Shown here: positions 42,763-51,049 of the stretch, piece by piece | Numbering within the stretch: the first letter of the stretch is position 1 | How the letters are laid out: each line of letters begins with the position of its first letter | From: an uncultured Candidatus Binatia bacterium | GTDB lineage: Bacteria; Desulfobacterota; Binatia; Bin18 | Direction of reading: 5' to 3' | Assembly (NCBI GenBank): GCA_965200965.1 | Contig: OZ241744.1 | Coordinates: 1,984,001 to 2,048,000, forward strand | Length of the DNA stretch: 64,000 nt | The notes under the pieces: model-generated | What the model was told of the DNA's origin: nothing | Databases searched by the model: none | The model's input: only the letters and a program-made list of their open reading frames with translations | Made by a program: the position numbers and the translations under genes

Positions 42763-43869
42763 ATGACCATGCGTGTTGTCTCGGCAGACTCCCACATGAT
42801 GGAGCCGGCCGAACTGTGGGTAGAGCGTCTTGACGCCAAGTATAGAGAGCGTGCCCCCAAAGTCATTGACAACCCCAACAAACCGGGGCTGATTTTTGTG
42901 GCCGAGGGCATTGATCCGTTTCCGGTGGCCGGCGGTTTTGGGGCCGGCCGCTCAGGCCAGGAACTCAAAGACCATCTGGACAAGGGCTATGAAGCCGCCC
43001 GGCCAAGCGGCTGGGACCCAGCTGAGCGGATCAAGGACCAGGACCTTGACGGGGTTGAGGCCGAGGTGTTGTACACCACGCTCGGTATGTCGCTGTTCGG
43101 TCTGGAAGACGCCGAACTGCAACGCTCGTGCTTCCGGGTGTATAACGACTGGGTGGCCGAGTTCTGCTCCTATAACCCCAAACGCCTGTACGGCATCAGC
43201 CTGATCTCGCTGTACGATATCGACGCCGCGGTCAAGGAGTTGGAGCGCACCCACAAGCTCGGGATGCGCGGGGCCATGATCTGGGGCTCACCGCCAGAAG
43301 ACACGCCCTACAACAGCCCCATCTATGACAAGTTCTGGCAGGCCGCCTCTGAGCTTGACATGCCGCTCTCGCTGCACGTCATCACCGGCAAGAGCAAGGA
43401 GAGCAAGGTCAATTTTGAGCAGATCAGCTCCTTCTACATGAATCTGATCCACGAGATTCAGCGCTCGCTGACCACGCTGATCTTTGGCGGGGTGCTCGAG
43501 CGTTTCCCGCAACTCAAAATCGTCTCTGCAGAGAACGACATCGGCTGGTTTCCGCACTTCATGTATCGCATGGACCACGCCTACGACAAGTTCAATGTCA
43601 TGGAAAAGAACCCGCTGCCGATGAAGCCCAGCGACTATGTCCGGCGGCAGATGTGGGGCACTTTCCAGGACGACGCCGTCGGTCCGGCCACCTACAAAAT
43701 CTTTGGCGAGGACAACTACATGTGGGCGTCCGACTTCCCCCACACCGACTCGACTTGGCCCGAGTCCCGGCAGTGGATCGCCAAGGACTTTGACGGCGTG
43801 CCAGAGCAGGTCACCAAAAAGATCGTGTTTGACAACGCGGTCAAGGTCTACCGCATGGACCTGGACTAG
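42763..43869 (+). CDS. amidohydrolase_2 family protein
   Basis: SADSH..EP, YNDW.AEF, LH, GGVLERFP.L, MWASDFPH.DS. Confidence 0.9.
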   Translation: MTMRVVSADSHMMEPAELWVERLDAKYRERAPKVIDNPNKPGLIFVAEGIDPFPVAGGFGAGRSGQELKDHLDKGYEAARPSGWDPAERIKDQDLDGVEAEVLYTTLGMSLFGLEDAELQRSCFRVYNDWVAEFCSYNPKRLYGISLISLYDIDAAVKELERTHKLGMRGAMIWGSPPEDTPYNSPIYDKFWQAASELDMPLSLHVITGKSKESKVNFEQISSFYMNLIHEIQRSLTTLIFGGVLERFPQLKIVSAENDIGWFPHFMYRMDHAYDKFNVMEKNPLPMKPSDYVRRQMWGTFQDDAVGPATYKIFGEDNYMWASDFPHTDSTWPESRQWIAKDFDGVPEQVTKKIVFDNAVKVYRMDLD

Positions 43870-43937
43870 TCCTAACTCAGATGCACCACAGGCCAGGAGG
43901 AACCCCCTGGCCCTCAGTTCGACAGGAGGATTTGACA

Positions 43938-44231
43938 ATGTCTTGGACCGAAGAAGAATTAAGAGAACTCGGCCCGGATTTCTTGAACAGGGTACTTGAG
44001 AACATGAGGGCGGAGGAAGAACCTTCTGTCCGTTTCGGCGAAACAGGGGAGCACATACATCCAAATTACCAAATAGAGTATAGCAATGGAGAAGTGGAAT
44101 GTTTTCGTGGCGATAATCATCAACCCTGGTCGCGGCAGGGAAGGGACGGCCCCTTTAAAGAGAGGAATCTTAGTGGGCTATTCTCATATCAGACTATTAG
44201 AAGATTATGCGACTCAGGGACCAACGAGTAG
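43938..44231 (+). CDS. hypothetical protein (97 aa), lower GC
   Basis: AGGAGG RBS; no motif recognised. Confidence 0.55.
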   Translation: MSWTEEELRELGPDFLNRVLENMRAEEEPSVRFGETGEHIHPNYQIEYSNGEVECFRGDNHQPWSRQGRDGPFKERNLSGLFSYQTIRRLCDSGTNE

Positions 44232-44305
44232 CACGGCCCCGTCTTTAGCCTCATTGCGGAGCAGTTCTCGGTAGCGTTCGAGCGGAAGTGTTCCTGCCGC
44301 TTTTC

Positions 44306-45136
44306 TCAGCTACTCAGCACATCGGCCAGGAAGTCCTGCACCACCGCAACCAGGCCCTCGGGGTTGTCCAGCATGATGTGGTGGTAGCAATCTTTGACCT
44401 CGGCCCAGCGGCCGTCGGGCAGGCCGGCGCACAGTGCGTGCAGCGTAGCGCGGTCAAGTACCGGGCTGTTTTGGGCTTTGACCACCAGGGCTGGACAGCG
44501 GATGTTGGCCAACAGCTTGCGCCCGTCAACCGGCTCGCGGAACAGGGTCCAGCGGTCGAGCTTGGCCACCCATTTGCCGTCGGCCCGCTCGGTAAAGGCA
44601 AAGCCGGCGATATACTCCAGCCGCCCCTTTGAGAACAGCGATTCGCGGGGCAGGACCCGAAAACGGCCGATGGCCTCGGCCCGCGAGTCAAACACCTTGG
44701 CCGGTCGCTGGCCGAGCCGGCGCAAGAAGCGCACCGCGGACTCAGGATAGCTCACGGTGGTATCGACCATGACCAGGGCGGCCACCTCTGCGGCGTGCTC
44801 GGCGGTGTAGACAAAGGCATTGTGCCCGCCCATTGAGTGACCGACAATCACCGGCCGCTCAAGGTCGAGCGTGGCCAGCAGTTCGTGCAGGTCGTCAATG
44901 TAATGGCGGGTGCTGTAGGCCGGGGGTTCGGCGTGCTGGCTGTCGCCGTGGCCCCGCCAGTCGGGGGCGATGACATGGAAATCGTCGGCAAAGGCCGGGG
45001 CGAAGAAGTCCCACCATTGGGCGTAGGCCGAACCTCCGTGCAACAGCACGAGGGCGGGTTTGCCCCGGCTGCCCCAGTCCAGATAGTGGAGCCGCAAGCC
45101 GTTGACGGTTGCAAAACGGTCGTGCGGGTGTGCCAT
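44306..45136 (-). CDS. alpha/beta hydrolase
   Basis: LLHGG, D.RGHGDS, GHSMGG, C-terminal His. Confidence 0.9.
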   Translation of the reverse strand: MAHPHDRFATVNGLRLHYLDWGSRGKPALVLLHGGSAYAQWWDFFAPAFADDFHVIAPDWRGHGDSQHAEPPAYSTRHYIDDLHELLATLDLERPVIVGHSMGGHNAFVYTAEHAAEVAALVMVDTTVSYPESAVRFLRRLGQRPAKVFDSRAEAIGRFRVLPRESLFSKGRLEYIAGFAFTERADGKWVAKLDRWTLFREPVDGRKLLANIRCPALVVKAQNSPVLDRATLHALCAGLPDGRWAEVKDCYHHIMLDNPEGLVAVVQDFLADVLSS

Positions 45137-45230
45137 AGTGCCTTGTCAGGATTGCATGCCAGGCTTTCGAGCCTTGAGGACTCTGGCCGACGACATGGGC
45201 GGCTCTTGGAGACGGACGCCGGCCGCTCCC

Positions 45231-45497
45231 TCAGCCGCCTCCGATAGCCGGCACGAAATGGACCTCGCTGTTGGCCGGGACAGGCTCCGACAGACCACCG
45301 GTGATGATCTCGCCGTTTACCGAAACCGCCACCGAGCCGGCCAAGTCGTTATCCTCAACAACCCGGTCCCGAAAGCCGGGGAATTGGCGCTCCAGGTCGT
45401 CAACAATGGCGCGCAGGGTTGCGCCTGTGGCCGTTGTCCGGTCCTTTCCGCCCGACAGCTTTCGCATCAGGGCAGGAATGAAGACGGTTGACGCCAT
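45231..45497 (-). CDS. MoaD/ThiS ubiquitin-like protein
   Basis: 88 aa beta-grasp pattern ending in PAIGGG. Confidence 0.85.
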   Translation of the reverse strand: MASTVFIPALMRKLSGGKDRTTATGATLRAIVDDLERQFPGFRDRVVEDNDLAGSVAVSVNGEIITGGLSEPVPANSEVHFVPAIGGG

Positions 45498-45578
45498 GCG
45501 TGTGTCTCTCCCCCCTCTCAAGGCGAGAGGGGGTGTGGTCAAGGGGCAGCGGAGAGTGCTCTGACTCCGGCCTAGTCG

Positions 45579-47855
45579 CTAGCTCTGCTCAAGGACCGCC
45601 TTGGTAATTTTGCCCGGCGACATCGGCAACTCTTGCATCCGAACCCCGAGGGCGTTGTGGAGGGCGTTGGCGACCGCGGCCGGCGGTGGGATGATGGGCA
45701 CTTCGCCGACGCCCCGCACGCCAACCGGATGACCAGGGTTGGGCACCTCAACCAGGATCGTCTCGATCATCGGCAGGTCGAGGCAGGTCGGCATCCGGTA
45801 GTCCAGAAAGCCGGCGTTGCGCAGTGTGCCGTTCTCATCGTAGAAATACTCTTCGTTGAGCCCCCAGCCCACGCCCTGGGCAACCGCGCCCTGAATCTGG
45901 CCCTCGACATAGCTCGGGTGGATGGCCCTGCCAACGTCCTGGGTGGCAGTGTAGCGCAGGATATCGACCTTGCCAGTCTCCGGGTCAACCTCAACATCCA
46001 CCACATGGGTGGCAAACGCCGGCCCGACGCCGCGCGGATTGACCTGGGCACGGCCGGATACCGGCCCACCGGTCCGGGGCAGTTTGGTGGCCAACTCCTT
46101 GAGATTCATTGGCTCGTTCTTGGCGTCGCTGAGGCACGACACCACGCCGTCCTGGAAGGCAACGTCTTTGACCTCAACCTTCCACAGCTTGGCGGCGCGT
46201 TCCCTGAGTTGCGTGACCACATCCTGGGCGGCTTCGTACACCGCGGTCCCAGTGGCAAATGTCACCCGGCTGCCGCCGGTCATGTCGGTATGGCCGATGG
46301 ACTCGGTATCGGCCACCACCGGATGGACATCTTCGGCAGCCAAGCCGAGCACCTCGGCGGCGATCATGGCACACGAGGCCCGGGTGCCGCCGATATCGGT
46401 CGATCCGGTCACTAGGTTGGCTGTGCCGTCGCTGTTGATGTTAACGGTTGCGCTCGACTGAAACCCGGCGTTGAACCAGAAACCCGAGGCAACCCCGCGG
46501 CCGCGCTTCTTGCCGTTGCTGGCCTGCGGCTTGGGAGACTGGTAGTGGGCACTGTTCTGGGCGGCGTCAAGGGTTTCGAGATAGCCGATCCTGCCGAACT
46601 GCGGGCCGGCCGGCTGGGCCGTGCCCTCTTTGGCACCGTTGAGGCGGCGGAACTCCAGCGGATCAAAGCCGAGCTTTTCGGCCAGTTCGTCAATGACCGT
46701 CTCCCCGGCAAAGGACGAATTGCTTGATCCCGGGGCGCGGTAGGCAGCCGTCTTGGGCTTATTGACCAGGACATCAAAGCCGTCAATCTGGAGGTTCTCC
46801 AGATCATACGGAGCCAGCACAGTCATACAGCCGGCCCCCACCGGCGCACCGGGGAAGGCCCCGGCCTCGTAGGCCATCCAGATATGGGCGGCGGTGATTG
46901 TGCCGTCCTTGTTGGCACCCATTTTCACCTTGATGTGCGAGCCCGAGGTCGGCCCGGTGGCCCGCAAGACCTCGCCACGGCTCATCACCATCTTGACCGG
47001 CTTGCCGGTTTTCTTTGACAGCACCAGGGCCAGCGGCTCCAGATAGACCGAGATTTTGCCGCCAAAACCGCCGCCGATTTCGGCCGGTACGACCTTCATC
47101 GAACTGGACGGGATATCCAGGATCATGGCCGTCTGGTCACGGGCGGTAAACGCCCCCTGGGTGCTGACCCAGATCGTTGAGCGGCCGTCAGCGTTGTACT
47201 GGGCCACCGCGTTATGCGGCTCAATATAGCCCTGGTGGACCATTGAGGTATCGAATTCGCGCTCAACGACTGCATCGGCCGCGGCAAAACCGGCCTCAAG
47301 ATCGCCCCGGGCAAAGCGCAACTGGCTGGCCACGTTGGTCTCTTTGTCGCTCTTCTCCTCGGCCCCGCTGGTCCGCAACTCGGGCAGGAGAATAGGCGCG
47401 TCGTCCTGCATGGCGGTCATTACATTCTGGACATGGGGCAGGACTTCATAGTCAACCGTGATGAGCGTGAGCGCCTCTTCGGCAATATGCGGGTTGGTCG
47501 CCGCCACCGCGGCCACGGCGTGTCCGTCGTACAGCACCTTGTCCCGGGCCATGACATTCAGCGACAGATGGCGCGGATTCATCGGCAGTTCACCCATCAT
47601 CGCCCCGCCGCTGGGCAGGTCTGGGAGATCCGCGCTGGTAATGACCGCTTTCACCCCGGGCAGGGCCAGCGCGGCTGACGCATCAATGGACCTGATCCTG
47701 GCGTGGGCGTGCGGGCTGCGCAGCACCTTGCCGTGCAACAGGCCGGGCAGGTCGATATCCGCCCCATATTTGGCCCGGCCGGTGACTTTATCCACCCCGT
47801 CATGCCGAATCGGACGGGTTCCGATAACCTTGAACTTTGCCTCTTGTTGCGCCAT
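45579..47855 (-). CDS. xanthine dehydrogenase family molybdopterin-binding large subunit
   Basis: KVTGRAKY, LRSPHAHARI, GGGFGGK, AYRAPG, EGQIQG, GVGE. Confidence 0.93.
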   Translation of the reverse strand: MAQQEAKFKVIGTRPIRHDGVDKVTGRAKYGADIDLPGLLHGKVLRSPHAHARIRSIDASAALALPGVKAVITSADLPDLPSGGAMMGELPMNPRHLSLNVMARDKVLYDGHAVAAVAATNPHIAEEALTLITVDYEVLPHVQNVMTAMQDDAPILLPELRTSGAEEKSDKETNVASQLRFARGDLEAGFAAADAVVEREFDTSMVHQGYIEPHNAVAQYNADGRSTIWVSTQGAFTARDQTAMILDIPSSSMKVVPAEIGGGFGGKISVYLEPLALVLSKKTGKPVKMVMSRGEVLRATGPTSGSHIKVKMGANKDGTITAAHIWMAYEAGAFPGAPVGAGCMTVLAPYDLENLQIDGFDVLVNKPKTAAYRAPGSSNSSFAGETVIDELAEKLGFDPLEFRRLNGAKEGTAQPAGPQFGRIGYLETLDAAQNSAHYQSPKPQASNGKKRGRGVASGFWFNAGFQSSATVNINSDGTANLVTGSTDIGGTRASCAMIAAEVLGLAAEDVHPVVADTESIGHTDMTGGSRVTFATGTAVYEAAQDVVTQLRERAAKLWKVEVKDVAFQDGVVSCLSDAKNEPMNLKELATKLPRTGGPVSGRAQVNPRGVGPAFATHVVDVEVDPETGKVDILRYTATQDVGRAIHPSYVEGQIQGAVAQGVGWGLNEEYFYDENGTLRNAGFLDYRMPTCLDLPMIETILVEVPNPGHPVGVRGVGEVPIIPPPAAVANALHNALGVRMQELPMSPGKITKAVLEQS

Positions 47856-47858
47856 GAC

Positions 47859-48338
47859 TTACCTCCCTTGCATGACCGAAGCGGCGTCTAACACCGCTTT
47901 CACAATTTTGTCATACCCCGTGCAGCGACACAGATTGCCGGCCAGCGCGTAGCGCACCTCGGGTTCGCTGGGGTTTGGATTGCGGTCCAGCAGTGCCTTA
48001 GCCGTCACCAGGAAGCCGGGCGTACAAATCCCGCACTGGAGAGCGGCGTGTTCCAGAAACTTCTGCTGGAGCGGATGGAGCGCATCGCCGTCGGCCAGCC
48101 CTTCTACCGTCGTAATCTCCTGGCCTTCGGCTTCGACACCGAGCACTAGGCACGAACACGAGGGGCGACCGTTGAGAATCACACTACAGGCACCGCAGTC
48201 GCCAGTCAGGCAGCCCTCTTTTGAGCCGGTAAAACCGAGTTCGTCACGCAGCACTTCGAGCAAGCTCTGGCGCGGCTCACACAGGAACTCGGTAACTTCG
48301 CCGTTGAGTGTCGTTTGAACGTGAACCTTTCTTGCCAT
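47859..48338 (-). CDS. [2Fe-2S] small subunit (CoxS-like)
   Basis: GC..GDCGAC, QCG.CTPG, GNLCRCTGY. Confidence 0.95.
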   Translation of the reverse strand: MARKVHVQTTLNGEVTEFLCEPRQSLLEVLRDELGFTGSKEGCLTGDCGACSVILNGRPSCSCLVLGVEAEGQEITTVEGLADGDALHPLQQKFLEHAALQCGICTPGFLVTAKALLDRNPNPSEPEVRYALAGNLCRCTGYDKIVKAVLDAASVMQGR

Positions 48339-48434
48339 ACTTTTCCTGCCTTCCTCAGAGAGCCATGCGTGTCAAGGGCCGAGCGAAACCGGGCTGTTTC
48401 CGGCCTCAACCCCTCCCGCGTCAGGCACGGCGCA

Positions 48435-49307
48435 TCAGGCTCTGGCGCGGGCTCGCTCCCCCGCCTGTTTGAGCGTCCGGCGCGTCAACACGCCAACCAG
48501 ATGGGTCCGAAACTCGGCTGGACCGCGCATATCAGAGATGGGCCGCGCAATGCTCTGGGCCAACTCGGCCGCCCGATCAATGTTCTCATCGCTAAACGGC
48601 TTGCCAACTAGGTAGGCGCTGGCCTCCTCGGCAAACAACTGGGTTGGCGCAACCGCGCCAAGACCAATCCGGGCCGCGGTGCAGGTACCGCCGTCAAGGG
48701 AAACGCACGAGCCAACGCCAACCACCGCAATATCCATTTCGTTGCGCGGAATGAAACGCTGGTAACAGTCGGCCGTTTGGCCCCGGGGAGCCGGAACGCG
48801 AAGGTCAACCAGAATTTCATTTGCCTCAAGCACAGTCTCACCTGGGCCGGTCACAAAATCTTCAGCCGCAACATCTCGCTCGCCGTTTGGGCCGGCGATA
48901 TGACAGCGGGCACCAAGCGCGATGAGGGCCGGCGGCGTATCCGCGGCCGGCGAGCCGTTACACAGGTTGCCACCGATTGAAGCCCGGCTCAGAATCTGGT
49001 CCGAGCCGATCAGGCCGGCCGCTTCAACTAGGCCGGGATAGTGCCGCTGCACGGTCGCGTCTTCGATAAACTGACAGCAGGGATACGAGGCACCAAGCCG
49101 CAGTCCATCCTGAGCGCTGAAGGTGCAGGTCTGGAGTTCAGGAATCGTCTTGGCATCAATAATGACCCCTGGCTGTTTGACACCCGCACGCATCTGAATA
49201 ATAAGGTCCGTACCTCCAGCCAACAGCCGCCCATTGTCGCCAGCAGCAGCCACTTGGCTGAGCGCTTGACTGAGCGATGTCGGCGCGTCGTATGTAAATG
49301 CTTGCAA
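48435..49307 (-). CDS. FAD-binding medium subunit (CoxM-like)
   Basis: LAGGTDL, ASIGGNLCN.SPAAD, PISDMRG...FR; TTG start after an AGGAGG RBS. Confidence 0.9.
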   Translation of the reverse strand: MQAFTYDAPTSLSQALSQVAAAGDNGRLLAGGTDLIIQMRAGVKQPGVIIDAKTIPELQTCTFSAQDGLRLGASYPCCQFIEDATVQRHYPGLVEAAGLIGSDQILSRASIGGNLCNGSPAADTPPALIALGARCHIAGPNGERDVAAEDFVTGPGETVLEANEILVDLRVPAPRGQTADCYQRFIPRNEMDIAVVGVGSCVSLDGGTCTAARIGLGAVAPTQLFAEEASAYLVGKPFSDENIDRAAELAQSIARPISDMRGPAEFRTHLVGVLTRRTLKQAGERARARA

Positions 49308-49443
49308 AGTTCCCTCCTGTTCGAGCCCGGGCTTGTGCCAGGCTACCTGAAATACACCCTCAGATTTCACTAGTCTGTTCTGCACGCGGAAGCAAGGCCC
49401 ATGTAACCGGCCAGGAACGGACGCCCGCCGCGCCGAACAGCAG

Positions 49444-49490
49444 GCTCTTATACCATCCATAGAGCTTCCACGCAAGCAAAAAGGACCGGG
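49444..49490. repeat. direct repeat, left copy (47 bp); contains a minus-strand sigma70 promoter
   Basis: GCTCTTATACCATCCATAGAGCTTCCACGCAAGCAAAAAGGACCGGG; 46/47 identical to 53534-53580. Confidence 0.95.
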
Positions 49491-49897
49491 CTGTAGGCGG
49501 GGGATCCCTTGCTGATTAGAAAGAACTCCCTCGAAGTTGCCCTCCCGCTGGACGCCATCAGCACGGCATCGGCTCGGGAGAAGTCCATTCGGCACGAGCC
49601 TTCGAGTACGCTGTACCCGTGGCGAGCGCAGCGGCGGTTCTGTGCCGGGTAGGCTTTGGATGGGTCCCAGGGATGACATGAGTCGGAGCGCTCAGGGAGA
49701 TTTGGGGCGTCTGGCGAGAACGCAAGCAAGAGATCCCATTGCTAGGGGTGGTCCTCATTGACAAAACAATAATCGAGATTCCACCAAGGTTTGCGGGTTG
49801 TTTGCCTGTGAGTCTGCCAACACCAAGCAAGTACCCATATTACCCCAAGCCGGTCGTCAGGGCAAAGTCGTTCCCGGTCCTAATGCGGCCCCCGTTC

Positions 49898-49941
49898 CAA
49901 GGATAGTCTAAACTGGCATAGTCGATATTGCCCTCTATCCT
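49898..49941 (+). promoter_or_regulatory. C-box-like operator and -10 element upstream of the XRE gene
   Basis: ATAGTC at 49903 and 49918 (15-bp period); TATCCT 6 nt before the GTG start. Confidence 0.5.
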
Positions 49942-49947
49942 TACAGC

Positions 49948-50199
49948 GTGACTCCTAATCCACTCCACCATCCCGACTATGTGGTTTTCACCGATCTGCT
50001 CCGATCTGTCCGAGTGGAGGCAGGTGTCACGCAGGTTGAGTTGGCTCGTCGTCTCGGTATTGAGCAATCGACAATCAGCAAGATCGAGAGGCGAGAGCGT
50101 CGCGTAGACGTTGCCGAGTTGCGGCAAATCTGTATCGCGCTTGGCATTTCGTTTATCGAATTCACCTCTCGGCTCGAACGGGCAATCGCCAGGAGTTGA
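49948..50199 (+). CDS. XRE-family HTH regulator (R-M controller C-protein-like)
   Basis: R..AG.TQ.ELA.RLG..QS.ISKIE..ERR.DV.EL. Confidence 0.88.
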   Translation: MTPNPLHHPDYVVFTDLLRSVRVEAGVTQVELARRLGIEQSTISKIERRERRVDVAELRQICIALGISFIEFTSRLERAIARS

Positions 50200-51023
50200 C
50201 TGAGATGGGGAGCGTAACCAAGAAGTCCTCATCACCGCTTGAAGGGTTCCCAGACCAGGATTTCGCTTGGTCAGAGAATCAATGGAATGTTCTCGTAGAG
50301 CATCTGATAAGCTTGGGGTTAGTGACATGGCATGAGATCGGCGCTTTGGTGCTAGGACACCTAAATCCCTCACAGGTCGGCACCTCGCTTGCCTCAAAGA
50401 AGTCCTTCCAGAAACATTTTCCAAAGCAGAAAACATGGCAAGCAGTTAGACAATGGCATTTTGATCAACCCGGCACTTGCAACGACTGCGGAACTAGACT
50501 AGAGCTTCAGGCTGACCACGTTATCCCGAAGGAGATAGTTGGCAAAGTTGGCAAAGAGATTGCTGAAAGCGAGATCGGCGACCGCTCGACTCTGCTAGCG
50601 AGGATCAACGATCGATTGACAGCGGAGATCAAGAGCAGCGGCGATGCGAATAGAATTTCTGTAAATCTCCGAGAAGCTATAGGGGAATCTCTATGCGATG
50701 CGTTACTAGAAGAAGAATATGACCAACAAACACTCGTTGAGATCGTTGATAGAATCGACAATATCGTACTACGTTGCCGCCGCTGCAATGTAGTCCGCCG
50801 CCCATCCCATAAGCATGGCGGGAAAACCTTCCTAACCACCGAAGCAGCCCTGATGTGGCTTCTGATCGTCAAGAGACCAAATACTTATGAGGAATTTCAG
50901 AATCTCTGCCGCTCCTATGGGATGACAATGGCCAACATTAGATTTGAGGAAGCGTGGGCGATGGCAATCTGGTTAGCACGAGAGGGAGCCTACTCAATCA
51001 GTTCCTCCTCTAAATACAAGTGA
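50196..51023 (+). CDS. HNH-family endonuclease with internal helical insertion
   Basis: CNDC....LQADHVIP ... DNIVLRCRRCN; start may be the ATG at 50205. Confidence 0.75.
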   Translation: MTEMGSVTKKSSSPLEGFPDQDFAWSENQWNVLVEHLISLGLVTWHEIGALVLGHLNPSQVGTSLASKKSFQKHFPKQKTWQAVRQWHFDQPGTCNDCGTRLELQADHVIPKEIVGKVGKEIAESEIGDRSTLLARINDRLTAEIKSSGDANRISVNLREAIGESLCDALLEEEYDQQTLVEIVDRIDNIVLRCRRCNVVRRPSHKHGGKTFLTTEAALMWLLIVKRPNTYEEFQNLCRSYGMTMANIRFEEAWAMAIWLAREGAYSISSSSKYK

Positions 51024-51049
51024 TCGTCTCGATGATGTGAAAATAGGTC

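Noticed and set aside
45579-47855. Aerobic CO dehydrogenase (coxL)
   Set aside because: The loop is AYRAPG, not AYxCSFR (form I) or AYxGAGR (form II).
49444-49490. Repeat as a tRNA-derived att site or CRISPR repeat
   Set aside because: Only two copies 4 kb apart, with no cloverleaf, spacers, cas or integrase genes.
49840-50436. 198-aa minus-strand ORF in the island
   Set aside because: Antisense shadow of the XRE and HNH genes with no motif.
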